This document shows positions 49,145-61,749 of a stretch of 64,000 bases of DNA, in pieces. Position numbers and translations under genes: made by a program. The stretch is from Amoebophrya sp. A120 (taxonomy: Eukaryota > Protista > Dinoflagellata), in assembly GCA_905178155.1 (NCBI GenBank), contig CAJINV010000003.1, forward strand, positions 269,091-333,090, written 5' to 3'. The notes beneath the pieces are model-generated. The model was not told where the DNA came from, searched no databases, and saw only the letters and a list, made by a program, of their open reading frames with translations. Each line of letters starts with the position of its first letter. Positions within the stretch are counted from its first letter, which is position 1.

Positions 49145-50775
49145 ATGCCGCCCAAAGCAAAGGGCAAGGCGGCGCCACCCTCGCCGAAGGGTGGAAGCAA
49201 GGCGGGAGCGGCCAGCAAGTCCAAATCCCCGCCCCCCTCGCCGAAGGGAAAGGCGAAAGCAGGAGCGAAGCCCAAGGGTAAAGCGAAGGCAAAGAGCAAA
49301 GCAGGGGCATCGGGCCCGGGAAGTCGACAAGTTAGCGGAGGTGGACTCTCGGCGGACACACAGGAAAATGCGGACGCGAGGTACATGTCATTACGCAATA
49401 ACTATCTGCAGAGGGGTTCTTTCTAGTTGCTGGGTATGAAAATTCGACTTCTTTTCCTAATCACAGGACGAAAATCAAAATTCCTCTCCGCACAGGTCCA
49501 AATTTGAGCGTTACCAGGAGGAGTACCTGCGATTTAAGGGGCAGTACGAGCCGGATTCGAGTTTGCTGATGCTGTCGACCTTTCCGAAGGGCACCGTGTA
49601 CGTGGACCCCCACCACGTCTCGCTAGTGGAGCAGGCGAACGCTTTGGTGATGCAGGATCTGGAGGATGTGAACCAGATCGGCTACAAGTACATGACGCCG
49701 CTGTGGATGGCCGCGCGCACGGGCAACATCGACATGGCCAACTACCTGCTCGAGCGCGGCGCGAAGCCCTCGATGGCGGACGCGGACGGGTACACACCGT
49801 TGCACATCGCGGTCCTTATGCTGTGCAAAAGTATTGTGCTCGTAGTAAATGCATTTATGCATCACAAATCTTTTTCTGAAGGCAAATCAGCATTACAAAT
49901 TGTAATGCTGAGGAAATTTGTGATGCGATTTCCACTATTATGATGGGATGCTTTTGCATTTCATAGTTCTGAAGAAGCAGCGACTGGCGGTGCTGCACTT
50001 GCTGACGAACAAGGTGACCGGCGATCCCACGATGATCTCCGCCAGAACGAACGCAGGCTTGACCCCGTTGCACCTAGCGGTTTTGTCCGCCCAGCGGGAC
50101 ACCCTGAAGTTGCTCATTGAGCTGAAAGCCGACCCGCTGGAACGCAACCCCATCATGAGCGAGGACACGGCTTTGCACATGGCGGTAAGGGAGAACCGGC
50201 ACCCGCCAGAGTCGGAGCAAGTCATCGAAGACTTGATGTTTCACCTCTACAAGCGATCGCTCAAATTGGAAGAAGAGGGCGAGACGGAGGAGGCGATTAA
50301 GTACGTGTTTTGTTGTAGAACGAAAAATAACATGTAGATCAAATCTAGCAGATGTGGTACTTGAAGGGTTGTGCTTCTGATTTCGACTTTTGCATTTTTT
50401 GGTAAGTAGAAGTAATTTCTACTTCTAGTATTTCTAGAGGCTTTCTGTCCTTAGTTACCTGAAGCTGAAAATTTGTCCAGGGTGATGAATCCGCAAAATT
50501 CCCACGGGGACACGCCTCTCCACGCTGCGGGCTTCGAGCAGGCCGTCATGATTTTGCTGGGGTACCATGCGAAGGGTAACATCCGGAACAAGGACGGCAA
50601 ATTTCCGTTTGAAGTGTGCCGCGCCGGTTCGTCCGCCCGGGCGATGCTGAACTCCTTGATGCGAAAGGCTCCCCTCCCGAGACGAACGGATCTGCGGTTC
50701 GATATCCCCACCGTTGACAACGCCCTCCGCTTCGAGCACAAGACAGACGTCTTCAAGAAATTTACGCTCATCTGA
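49145..50775 (+). CDS. Ankyrin-repeat protein with K/A/P-rich N-terminus, 4 exons
   Basis: Ankyrin motifs TPLWMAA, GYTPLHIAV, GLTPLHLAV, DTALHMAV and GDTPLHAA. GT-AG introns at 49381-49495 and 50301-50480. Introner at 49817-49965. Confidence 0.9.
49817..49965. mobile_element. Introner, family F3, diverged (149 bp)
   Basis: Ends TATGCTGTGCAAAAGTAT and ATGCTTTTGCATTTCATA. Flanks GTCCT and GTTCT. Junction reads HIAVL|KKQ. Confidence 0.88.
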
Positions 50776-51481
50776 CGAAGCTGCTGTTGTGGTTTATTCG
50801 TTTTGCGAACCGCGTTTCGATGTTGACCAATTGTACGCCACCGTACCAACCTTGTTCAGAACGTCTGCGTTTTTTTGAAGAGCAAGTCAATGAATCGTGC
50901 ATAACCTAAATGCGAAATCTTGTATACTCTGGCACCTGTGCCACGATTTGATTTTGAGCGGCAACAGTTGTAACAGCAAGACAGATTCCAGCGTATTAAG
51001 ATTAAGACTGAAAAAAATCCCGAACCAACAACCCTGTACGAAAACTTCTCGCTGCCAGCTTTATTTCTGTACTGACAAGGCAGCACAACACTAGAAACCG
51101 ATGTGCAAACCTATGTATGATCAGATTGTTTCGATTCCGGTCCTGCGAACCGAACAAATTCAACATGGAAATTATGGAAGGAAGAAGTCCGGTTTGTTAG
51201 CGTTGAGGATTGGATGTGGGGTTGTGGTGCTCACATTTGTGTTCGATTTCCATGGATCATCTTTCCGTCCTGTGGATCTGCGATCATAGATTTCGTTGAA
51301 GGAAAGAGATCCCTTTTTCGCTCCTGTTTTTTTTATACTTACTTTCGAGATCAGTTGCGAAACGCGTGCGATGTCGAAAAGCACCGTAATTTTCGTGTGC
51401 GAAACAATAACTTTGTTGACTCAGCAGGTTTAGCTATGGTAGAGCGTTTGGTTCTACTACGAAAGTAAACCTAAACAGTCA

Positions 51482-54400
51482 TTGCAGATCCGTGTCAAGA
51501 GGAAGAGTTCTTGCCCTCCGACTTTATACACGTTGCGATACTTGTTCTTGTCGAGACCAGCAAGCTACGAGACAATGTGTGGTCGTCAGCTGATCATGTC
51601 AGGTCGCCGTGCGGCCGCGCTCTTCGCGGCGACATCAGACTCCTGTCTATTCGTTTCTGGGATTCTGAGGTCGCAGACTGGGAGTCCTGTAACCTCGTAC
51701 GAGCGTTTTGTGGATGCTGATGTTCCGGAGGAAGTCAACGAGTTTGCGCCGCTTGAAGAAGCACTCCTCTCGGCGGGAACTACTGCGCATGTACAACTAC
51801 CGGTATCAACGAGCGTTATTATCGGAGCAGAGCAGGCCAGAGCTGCGATGCACGCGACGACATCTCAAGAGGACGTCGACACAGAGCAGGTCTCCGATTT
51901 GTTTCGCGGGCTACGGCTCCGGCCCTCGACCTCCCAGGAGGTCCGCGAGGACAACAGCAGTACGAGTGCAGCTCGTGCATTGGGTGGTACTAAGTCAAAC
52001 ACGGGGTCGTCCGAGAGTTGTCGGAGTGCAGCAGCTTCAACCCCCTCGGCAGCCGCGCACAACAGCAAAAAACTTGCGTGTAGGAACAGCAGCGACAGCC
52101 TGGCATCGGTGTCTACGGCTACACCGATGCATTCGGTCGGTTCCTGGGCTACCATAATTGCGGACGCCGAGACTGCAGCAAACGCAAATCGATCTCCGTT
52201 TTTCCTAACAAGCCCGTCTGTTTCCTGTTCCAGCCAAGACCTGCCACCGGTGTCCGCAATCGGTGGTGAACAAGGAGTAGATACGACGCAGTCACATCAA
52301 GTTCAAGCTCGTTCTTCCCGCTACGCAAGAACCTCGCAGCACAGCAGGGTTACAACTGGACACGCAGATGATGATGTTGACACGGAAAGGAATAAACATA
52401 AACCGGAAGATGATGAATTGCACTTCGAGCAGGCCATGGACGATTTGGTTTTTCGCTTTCGAGAGTCGGTTGACGTAGGATCGTGTGAGCAAGGTCGTGT
52501 CGAAGACTTCTCCGACCTGCGGTCTACTTCTTCTCGTGTTGCGAGTGGAACCAGCAGCGGGTCATCTGGAATGAACTACTGCAATTCTTCTTCAACCCCG
52601 ACAGCAGAAGGCTTGCTGAGTTCTTCTCCCTTGCAGCCTCTGTCCCCGGAGGAAGAAGAAAAAGTCATCGCTGCGGCAAAGCAGTTGCGTGGCTGTTCCG
52701 ACACACTAAAGGAAGCTTTGCTGAACACCAGCGCGGAGGGGGATGGAGAGTCATTTTTTGCCCGCGGCTCCTCCTCGGGGACCACGAAAAGCTCAGGGCT
52801 GCACCACTTTTACCCTCCAGAATCTGCGACCGCAGCCGCTGCGGAGTGTGTCGAGCGTGCCATTAGCGAGGTTGTGGCTGTTGTTGAGCCTTTTGTGCCC
52901 GACGACGCAGCACCTCCAGGTCGCGCGGCCGAGAGAGCTTCAGCACTGCAGGTAGATGTGAATGAACAAGAAACGCGTTCATCTGGCTCAGCGCTCCACG
53001 ACCATGTCGTCGACGACTCGGAAGAGCAAGAATTGGTCCGTCGTCAGAAGCGGGCTCTGGTTTTGATGATCGCTCTGCTGCAGGGTCTCTTACCCCTCGG
53101 AGACAACACCATCAACATGCTGTTCATGCCAGCGATCGCCGAGCGCATGAGCCTGCCCTCCAGCGTGGAAACCAGCACGGACCTGCTGGTCGGGTGGAAA
53201 AACTCCGTGGCCGGAGCGCTCGGTGTCGTCGGGGGGCTTGCCTACAACCGGCTGGTGGAGAAGCTGGACGCCAAGAAGCAGTTCCGCATGCTGCGACGGC
53301 TCGCGGCCACCGTCGGGGTTTCCGGCATCCTGTTTTCCATCGCGCTCCGGCATCTGGAGCGCGAAATGCATCTTCTGGCGAGTCATGACACGGCCGGAAA
53401 AGCTACCCCCGAAGGTACTACGACCGGGGATGCTGCTGCCGAACTGTACCAAAGCAAACTGCTTTTTTTCTACTGGGCCAACGCATGGATCTGGGATGGC
53501 ATGCAGGGCTTCTTCACTCCGCTTTTGGCGCACGTTGTGAAGGAATTGTACGAGAAAAACGAGCCTGCTTCTGGTAGCGGCGGGGCGGGCGGTCACAGAC
53601 AACTGCCTCCGGAATCCTCACCTACTTTGTCAAGGAATCATCGAGAGCAAGAACAAGGTGGAACTAGCGCAACAAGAAGTACTAACGCGACCGCCTCGAC
53701 GCAACAGGAAGTCGCGCAAGATCAGGCGACCGCCCTGGCGCGGATGGTGCAGGCCATCTTCGCTGTGCCGGGACTTGGCATGTACATCGCCGCGTCGCGC
53801 GAAGATCCGGCGGCGTGGACGCAAAATCTAGTCGCTGCTCAGGCGGCCGTGGCAGGCGTTGGCCTCATGCTCGCCGGTGGACCGCCGCAAAAGCTCCGCG
53901 GAGAAGGGGCGAATGCCTGCCGGCGTTGGGAGTCCCTGTTCTCTGGAGGTCGTCGCGCTGCAAGCGAAGATAGTCAACAAGCAGTGACGCAGCCGTGTAG
54001 AAGTACTGGTGTTGGTGGAGCTGCTGCCTCTGGTACAAGCTCGAGTAGCCGATCCGAACCGCGGACTTCGACGCCGGAGCTTGATGCGTGTGACGAGAAT
54101 GCCTCTTTCGTCCACGATCGCGCCACAAATGCTGGGCGTATTAACGGGACGACGACGACCAGTGCCGCGTTTTCGCAAAACGACTTCGAGAGTCAGCGTC
54201 TCTTGGTTGCCCAGTGGATGACGTGTCAGCTAGGAACGTCGGCGCACAAATTTCTGTCGCCCGTCGCGTCCCGCAAACTGTGCGCCCCTTTGCTGCCGCC
54301 GATCGTGTCGGACCTGGTGATTACCCTGGGGACGCTGGCGGGTGCCGTGCTCGCGAGTACCACCATCCAGCCGTGGCTGTTCAAAAAAATTCGGGCACGC

Positions 54401-55672
54401 GTAGAAACAGCGATTGCGAGCGAACACGAACGTTTACGCAGCGGTGTAAGTTCATGTAGCTCTGGTACAGGAAGAGCAAATGCGGTTTTTTGCTCCACCG
54501 GGGGCACTGGCGACGATGAACAACCAGTGGATAATTTCGAACGAACGGGAGATCACGCCACGCGAGAAAACGATGTTGCGTGCAGGAAAAGGCGGCAGTT
54601 GGAAGCGGTAGCGTTCCGCGCACTCCCGCAGCTGTTGATCTTTGTGTCCACCAACTTGTTCTTTTTCACAGTGCCGCGGCTCGGCGGAGAACAAAGTGGG
54701 TCGGCACCGCCGACAGCAGTCAATTCAAGACCTGATAGTAAAGCGGGTTTGTTGAAAAACGGCGGCAAGAGGACGACAGCAACTGGGACGATCCGGCCCC
54801 GGGCGTCGTCTACCTCGAAAGCGCAAAACCGCCCGCGTGGTTTTCTGTCGCAGGAAAAAATGATGAATACGTCGCGTGGTCAACAAATGTCCTCCACGAA
54901 CAATAAATCCAAACTTTCGCCGAAGATGTTCCTCTCTCGTGCAGCGAGGCGGCGGCTCCAGGTAAAGAAGAACACCAAGCAGGTGGACCACCTGGGCGGG
55001 TTGAAAGTAGTTCTGGAGGACCTTCTGAAGCCTTTTGCCGAGCTCGGCGATATTGTTCCCAAGGCAGCACAGAGCGTCGCCCCGGTGCTCAGCGGTGTTG
55101 TGGCACTGACTTTGTTGATTGTGATGCAAACGGCCGTGGGAATTTTTCTAGCTTTGGCGTCCTCCTCTACGCAACAGAAGATTCGGTACTTGTCGCACTT
55201 TTCGACCGGGGACTGTGTGTGCAACTACGTGTTGGGCCCGTTTTTGACGTCGCAGGTGATCAGTGCACTGACGGCGAATCAGGATGCTCTGCACCTTTCC
55301 GGAGAAGACGCCTCCACGCAGGTGACCGTCCAGATCTGTTCCCTATTCTACCTCGCTGCCGCCAGTCTCAACTTTGCTTACGACCGCCTGGCAGGGGATC
55401 CGACAACCGGGACCACGGCGGAAGGTGGAGCTGCGGAGAACCAGCAGGATCACGTGCCGACGCCTAGTGCATCCACCTGTGCGGGAACGAGTAAGATGGC
55501 AGCGACGTCATCGAGTAGTGCAAACTCAGTTGATCCGAGTCCACGGAGCGCCAGTGGAGCTGGAAGTAGTAGTGGTGACTCTACTGTTGCAGCTGCACCT
55601 ACTCGTACTGGCGCGCCTGCTTTCACTCCTGCTCCCTTGGAGCCTGCAGCGAGACCCGCATCCCGGAATTAA
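51482..55672 (+). CDS. Large multi-pass membrane protein, possibly a divergent MFS transporter with long S/T/G-rich insertions (start uncertain)
   Basis: 1396-aa ORF with about 10-12 hydrophobic segments separated by low-complexity loops. LLQGLLPLGDNTINMLFMPAIAERM resembles MFS TM1. Confidence 0.7.
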   Translation: MQIRVKRKSSCPPTLYTLRYLFLSRPASYETMCGRQLIMSGRRAAALFAATSDSCLFVSGILRSQTGSPVTSYERFVDADVPEEVNEFAPLEEALLSAGTTAHVQLPVSTSVIIGAEQARAAMHATTSQEDVDTEQVSDLFRGLRLRPSTSQEVREDNSSTSAARALGGTKSNTGSSESCRSAAASTPSAAAHNSKKLACRNSSDSLASVSTATPMHSVGSWATIIADAETAANANRSPFFLTSPSVSCSSQDLPPVSAIGGEQGVDTTQSHQVQARSSRYARTSQHSRVTTGHADDDVDTERNKHKPEDDELHFEQAMDDLVFRFRESVDVGSCEQGRVEDFSDLRSTSSRVASGTSSGSSGMNYCNSSSTPTAEGLLSSSPLQPLSPEEEEKVIAAAKQLRGCSDTLKEALLNTSAEGDGESFFARGSSSGTTKSSGLHHFYPPESATAAAAECVERAISEVVAVVEPFVPDDAAPPGRAAERASALQVDVNEQETRSSGSALHDHVVDDSEEQELVRRQKRALVLMIALLQGLLPLGDNTINMLFMPAIAERMSLPSSVETSTDLLVGWKNSVAGALGVVGGLAYNRLVEKLDAKKQFRMLRRLAATVGVSGILFSIALRHLEREMHLLASHDTAGKATPEGTTTGDAAAELYQSKLLFFYWANAWIWDGMQGFFTPLLAHVVKELYEKNEPASGSGGAGGHRQLPPESSPTLSRNHREQEQGGTSATRSTNATASTQQEVAQDQATALARMVQAIFAVPGLGMYIAASREDPAAWTQNLVAAQAAVAGVGLMLAGGPPQKLRGEGANACRRWESLFSGGRRAASEDSQQAVTQPCRSTGVGGAAASGTSSSSRSEPRTSTPELDACDENASFVHDRATNAGRINGTTTTSAAFSQNDFESQRLLVAQWMTCQLGTSAHKFLSPVASRKLCAPLLPPIVSDLVITLGTLAGAVLASTTIQPWLFKKIRARVETAIASEHERLRSGVSSCSSGTGRANAVFCSTGGTGDDEQPVDNFERTGDHATRENDVACRKRRQLEAVAFRALPQLLIFVSTNLFFFTVPRLGGEQSGSAPPTAVNSRPDSKAGLLKNGGKRTTATGTIRPRASSTSKAQNRPRGFLSQEKMMNTSRGQQMSSTNNKSKLSPKMFLSRAARRRLQVKKNTKQVDHLGGLKVVLEDLLKPFAELGDIVPKAAQSVAPVLSGVVALTLLIVMQTAVGIFLALASSSTQQKIRYLSHFSTGDCVCNYVLGPFLTSQVISALTANQDALHLSGEDASTQVTVQICSLFYLAAASLNFAYDRLAGDPTTGTTAEGGAAENQQDHVPTPSASTCAGTSKMAATSSSSANSVDPSPRSASGAGSSSGDSTVAAAPTRTGAPAFTPAPLEPAARPASRN

Positions 55673-56308
55673 AGTGGGGGGGAAGATGAGGAGTCTGCAG
55701 TTGTGGCTATACGAAGAGCACATTGCTGCATGCCGCAGTGGTCACTGACCCTAAAATTTTACGAATATAAAGTTTCATTTCAAAAATGAAGTATGCTCAA
55801 AGAAAGGGAATCGGAATCCCAACGAACGAGGATGATCATGATGCTTTTTGAGTTTCACGTGCCACCACGATCCTTGAGCCTCGAAGTTTCTGACAGCACA
55901 CTTGGTATACACTACTGTTTTTGGCGAACTACAGTACATACCAAGGTGATATGATGTAATTTTAAGTTGTGCTTCACATTGTCTTGTGTTTCTCAAAGTT
56001 GATGGGACTGCATATATTTCTATCCAGCGAGCTTGTTTATATTTGTATTTTACTCGTCCGGCCACTGTTCTGCATTGTTGCGAAAATTTGATTGGTTACA
56101 ATAGAGAATAAAGTAAGTACTTCTATTACGAAGAACAAGTGGAAGCTGGGTGGTCGTGGTTTCTACAGAAATGCAATATTGCTGACAACAACCGAAACCG
56201 ATGCAGCTTTCGGCGTTTTGTATGCGATGCACGTCGAGCAATGCTACGTTGTGTGATTTGCCTGGGGTATGTGAATAAGATTAAGAAACGGCGTAGTTGA
56301 TGAAATAT

Positions 56309-57194
56309 TTTTGGGTAAAAAGGACAAATCCCAAGAAGACTAGCAAAATCTCAAGAAGAAATGGACAAATCTCAAGAAGAACCTTGGGTAGGGTTTGTCT
56401 AGGGTTTGGGGTTTCGGGTTTCGGGTTTCTGGTCGTCGGCCAGGGCAGCCGCCGCCGGCCGGCCGGCCGGCGGCGGCTGCCCTGGCCGACGACTCTCTCT
56501 TCTCGTTCTTGGAAGGTGGCGGCCCCGCGCCCTGCCCGCCTTCGTGGTTGTTCTGTCGCTTCCTTGGGGTTCTCCTGGCTGGCGCTGGCCAGCTCCTTGG
56601 CCGGCGGGCCTCGGGATTGGGGCACACAGCGCAGCCGCGCAGAACTTGGCGGCTTGGTCCCTCACCAGGGTCCCCCTCGCAGGGAGACCGCGGACGGGCC
56701 GCGGGGCGTCCTTGTGTATTTTTCCAGGCCAGGATGCCGTCGTGCATCATGTTATGCATGATGGAGTGTTGCTTGCAAAAAAACACAGTAGATTCAGAAG
56801 AACCGAATGCCCGCGAATAGCTTTGACGTGGCCCCGCACACCGTCGTGCATAACGTTCTCGCTCGCCAAAACATCTCCTTCTCTCCGCCCTCTGCTTTCC
56901 GTCTGCTTTTCGCCTTCTCTCTGCCGTCTTCTTTCGATCTGCTTTTCGCCTTTTCTTTGCCCTCTTCCTCGATTCGATTCCAACGTAGAACAATGCGTTT
57001 CCACAGGCAGGAAGTTTTCAATGAAAACTTCCTGTCTGTGAACTATACCATGGTGTATAAAGTTCTCTGAAAAATCCGTAACCATTCTTCTTGAGATTTT
57101 TGAGAAGTCAAGCAATTTGAAAATTAGGCATTTTCTTTTTGGGGTGGGTTCTTCTTGAGCTTTTCTTCTTGAGATTTGTCCACTTTAACCAATA
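56309..57194. mobile_element. Intergenic non-autonomous TIR element candidate (~890 bp)
   Basis: Left end TTTTGGGTAAAAAGGACAAATCCCAAGAAGA matches the reverse complement of the right end, TATTGGTTAAAGTGGACAAATCTCAAGAAGA. Subterminal CTCAAGAAGAA repeats occur at both ends in inverted orientation. No clear TSD. Confidence 0.65.
56432..56493. repeat. Perfect 62-bp palindrome
   Basis: GTCGTCGGCCAGGGCAGCCGCCGCCGGCCGG is followed directly by its exact reverse complement. Confidence 0.95.
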
Positions 57195-57791
57195 TTTTTG
57201 ACTTGCCTGCATGCTGCTCGAATTTTCATCTCAATTTTTGTCATGAAGTACTTCTTTTGTCAATGAATCAATGAAAACGTATTTCCACAGATCAGAAAAA
57301 GTAAGCGGCGCAAAGCTGACTTTTCTTGCTCTTATGGTCTCGCTCCATTTCCTGCTGCGCGACCAATCTCTTGTTTTGAGGCAAGGAACTACATTCACGA
57401 GGCATAATATGATGATCAAGAATCACAATCAGATCAGTTTGTTTTCCAGTTTATTGAGCGGCAGAGAGAATGAGAAAGAGCGCAGTTCTTGCTTGAGACC
57501 ACTACGTTGGTGTACAAAGTTACATTTTGGCGAAACGAAAGCTGTTATGTTGTCCGTGCTACTAGTACTAGTTTGAGCAGAACATGTTTTAAGATACTAG
57601 GGGAATTTTTACTTGTGATGTTTCGCGGAACATGGTATGAGACGTGGTGGTGAGAAAGCCCGAGCAGTCTGCCGAACGCGTGCACCCGGGGAGATCCTCG
57701 GGCACGGTTGTTGCTCTGCCCGGTGAAAGAGCATTCGTTGGAGCGGCATCGGAAAAAAGTTACGCACGGTGGAGATTTTCCGTAAATAAAA

Positions 57792-58659
57792 ATGAGAGTC
57801 CTTATTTTGCAGCATGTGGTCTTCATCTCCGGTATACTTTCTTCCACCGTTCTCGGGCACCTTCACACGACGACGACCAAAACGCGCAAAAATCCAATTC
57901 TTTCCGGCACTGTGAGCAGTAGCAGTAGCTCGTCCAGTCTGCTGCCGCCCCTGCCGAAGGGACCGGGACGGGGCCCCGACGCGCAGACGTTCGTCAAGGA
58001 GTGCACTGAGCACCTGAAAGTGGTGGCGGGAAAGATTGACCACAGCTACACCGACGTGATGGTGCGCGACGCGCTGGAGCACGAGTGCGCCCTCGTGCAC
58101 GAGCAACCCCTGACGCACGAGCACGGGTTCCGCACGGCGGCGGCGTGTTACCATTTCGCGGACGAGCTTTTCAAAGCGCGGATGGAATTCCTGGAACAGA
58201 ACTCGCCGGACGGATACATCACGGTTTCGTTGGATAAGTGTGTGTTTTTTAGCATCGACGTTCGCATACATGTTCATTCATCAAGTTTTTCCAATTCCTA
58301 TTTGTTCAGATGCTTTTTGCCGCTTGTGGAAGTAAATCGCTTTGGACTCGGAAGGTCATCTCCAGAGTAAACGAGTCGCCGAAAATGTTTTTTGTTCGTT
58401 GCAGCAGTAGTTCTTGCAACCATATTAACTGTGTCTGCAACACCTCCAGGTTTGCAAGAATTATTGGACTGCGACATACGGGAAGCCGTATAAGACGAAG
58501 GTTCACGTGAAGCCGCCCCCTACGCAGCTGGTGTGGTGGTGGGGCATCGTCATTTTCGTGGCCGGGTGCTTCCTCGTTTTCCTGACAAACCGCAACATGA
58601 AAACGCGATCGGATTTCGCTCGTGATTTTTCCCGCCGGAGCGGCCGCTTTGAAGCATGA
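57792..58659 (+). CDS. Putative type I membrane protein (signal peptide, Cys-containing ectodomain, C-terminal TM), 2 exons
   Basis: GT-AG intron 58224-58449 (phase 0) joins DGYIT to VCKNYW...WWWGIVIFVAGCFLVFL...FEA*. Confidence 0.7.
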
Positions 58660-59581
58660 AATGACACCGGAACAAGAGTGGATCGTGCACACGACTATTT
58701 TCTCGCGAGGATCTTCGATGGTAGGTTTTGGTTTCGAATTATTCTTTTCCACTGGATGAACAAGATGAAGATGCGTGCCAAATACACAGTGAAGACGAGC
58801 ATCCAGTTTCAGTTTTTCCACAGGTAGAACGTGAGACGGACGCGTGAAAGCTGCGTCTTAGAATCTAAAGTAGGAAGCGGTTCTTTTTCTGCGGCCGGTT
58901 TTGCTTTATTGCCTGCAGCTGCACCACCAACCTAAAGCTAATAAACCGACGCAGCGTGGTTGTCGTAATCATGTTCTTGTTCTTCATGATCTCGTGACGG
59001 CCATGATGCCTTCACATCTCCTTCACGGCGTAGCAAGATGTGTCACCGTTAGGTTTTTTTCGATACGCCAGTTTCTTGCTTTGTTGTTGTTGACGATGGA
59101 TCCCCTCCTGTTCTTAACCCCTCGTGATCATTCTTTTGCTCTTCGTGCTTGTGCCTGTGCGCGTGGTGCTGGTTCAAATGGCGCTTATTGATCTTCACGT
59201 GTTTTTGTGCGCTAGAGCGGGATCCCTTGTGAGTTCGTTTTCCTGTTGTAGCGTCACGGCGGACTCCTCGGAGCACTGTTTGATCAGATCCCTCTATTGT
59301 AACCAGCATCTTCGCGATGTTGATGGTGTGTTGACAGCACACCCTGCAATACTAATACAAACAAGAACTGCTGCACTAAGTATTCAATTTGTCTCCGACT
59401 CAGCCTCAGTCCCGATGCATCGTTCACGTTTTGAGAACTAGCGCAACTACTTTAAGAAGGCAAGAAATTAGAAGACAGCAGCAGATGCAGAAGGTGGAGA
59501 AGTAGAACACAACGAAAACAATAAAGCTAAATACAAAATCTAAATCTTCAAATAAACATCAACCCAAAAGTTTGAGCGAAA

Positions 59582-60334
59582 ATGCAGGACGCTGACGTCA
59601 TCGCCGTGCCGGCTCCGAATCAACGCATTGTTCCACCGATCTGCTACTTCTACAAAATCGCTAAATGTAGGAATCCCAATTGCCAATATCTGCACCCGAT
59701 TGGGATGGAGGGAAGGGCGCTGGCGGGCAACCAGCAGAGACGGGAAGTACTAATATCTATGTCATGCACTATGTTGATGTTCATTTTTTCCTGCGTTGAG
59801 TCTACTGACTGTAGCCCTAGCGGGTCGTGTTTTCTGTAAACAGTTTTGACAGGTCGTATTTTGTCCTCGCAAGAAAGAACACGTCAATCATCATGATGAA
59901 GATGAACAGAAGTTGTAGGGTCGAAGTAATATTAATATTTTTGCCATGTATGTGCGAAAAATGAGTGAAGATGAAGTTGTTGAAGTGACATATTAATGTA
60001 TAAAAATCGACAGCGCGCGATTGCCGAGATGAAACTGAGACGTAAACGGGAACTGCAGAAGAAAATAGCGGTCGTGGGTGCTGCGAGCTGCATGTTTATG
60101 GTGCTTATTTGGAGCGGGCTTGGACTAGGTCATTTAGTACAGCCGTTGTCCCCTTTGGGGGCGGTAGTCTTCTACGCCTCCTTCGCCCAGCAGTGCGCCA
60201 TCGCCGCGGTCATTCTCTGGCCGGAATTTTTCGGTCTGCGACGCGCATTGCGGGCCTGGCTGGCTACGGTTGTGGTTCCTATTCGCTGGAGGTCCTGCAT
60301 GGCGATGCTCATTCGCGGCCCTCTACTAATTTGA
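59582..60334 (+). CDS. CCCH zinc-finger protein with C-terminal transmembrane segments, 2 exons
   Basis: CYFYKIAKCRNPNCQYLH is C-x7-C-x4-C-x3-H. GT-AG intron 59747-60013 joins QQRRE|RAIAEMK in frame. Confidence 0.7.
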
Positions 60335-61749
60335 ATACTTTGCAGGGTCGGAAGACTACCAGAAGCGTGAAGCTTGACAACTAAGCGAGCCACCGCGCTA
60401 TATTGGTTTGCAGCTTGCAAATAAGTTTAGAATAGAAAGCGAAATACTTCTTTAGAGCGCGCGCACTTCTGCAGGACTCGAGCCGTGGGACAAATTGGCT
60501 TAGACGAGCTTTTCGTACGTAGATTTTTCCTTTCAAAGAAAATGAGAATAGAGTCGGCGTCATGAACGAAATATGCTGCTACTTAGACAGCGCAAAACTT
60601 TGCTGATTTTTTTGAGGGTATCTATAACAGCTAGATACAGCAAAGTAATGATGAGATGGAAATTTTTAGGAGGAAGCACAAGCAGGCGGGAGAATTGTTA
60701 TTGTTCATCGATATTTTTCAAAAAGGTCTCTTTGAACGTATAATGACACCAGGAAAAGCAAATACAATTAGTTCTCCGTATGGGTTTGGGTTCTTTTCGG
60801 ATCCACGCCCGTCGTGTAAGAAACGAAAGAACAACTACCACCCACGACGCAAAAGAGGGTACAAAAGAAGGAGGAGGCAAGAGCTACTCTTCTTCGAAAC
60901 AAACAGAGTTGTGAGCCGATAGGTTCCCGTTACTCTTACCAACATCACCACATTGACCGCCGCTGCTAATATCAGCGTCGATTTGATGATGCTTGCGGCA
61001 CCTGTCGCCGACGCGTCGCGCAATGTACCCACTGTTCGGATCGGTATTCATGATATTTACATCATAGAGCTGGTACGTTTATACTATGTGGTCTGCCCCA
61101 ATAAGCGCAACGGGCATCGCATGATTGAGTGTGCCAGTTATTGGGGGCGGGCAGCTGCTGGTGTTACGCTTGGATGTCGCGCCAGGACTCGGGCGGTCTC
61201 CAGCGATAGCCTTTCCTGTCCCATCGTGATAGTAGATTATATGCAGACGAGGAGTCAGAGCCTTTGGCTTTGAACGAGAAAGCAAAGGGAAAACAAACGA
61301 AGCCAACCGTTCTGGCGTGGTCGTTTTGCAAGCATCCGCAATGTCGCAGCTGAAAGACAGGAGGTATTGGGGGGGACGCATGTGACGTACAAATGGAGTG
61401 GGTGCGTCACGCGGTGGAAGCGCGGAGTGTACTAGCGTGCATTGCCTGGTAAGACTTAGACTGATGCCACAGCCACGTAGCGAAATCAAAATATCAATAC
61501 CAGCGTTCTTTTGTGAACGCCTGCGGAATGGCAAAAGATATCCGGCATCAGCACCAAAATCATGAAGCCCGAGGCCCCCGCCACGCTGGGCGGCATAAGA
61601 AATGTCTACACGACCACGGCCACTGACCTGCGCAGCAGAAGACCAGCGCAGCGGAAGAGCGACAAACGCCGACAGAAATAGAATTACATCAAGGGCAGCG
61701 GCACACGGTACTATAATCTTGTTCTCGTCTAGCGGTACTACTAGCGACC

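Noticed and set aside
56340-57041. ORFs inside the TIR element as a transposase
   Set aside because: Low-complexity translations of repeats and the palindrome, with no recognisable catalytic motif.
57075-57095. TCCGTAACCATT resembling the dinoflagellate spliced leader 5' half
   Set aside because: The 3' half (TTGGCTCAAG) does not match, and the sequence runs into the element's CTTCTTGAG subterminal repeat.
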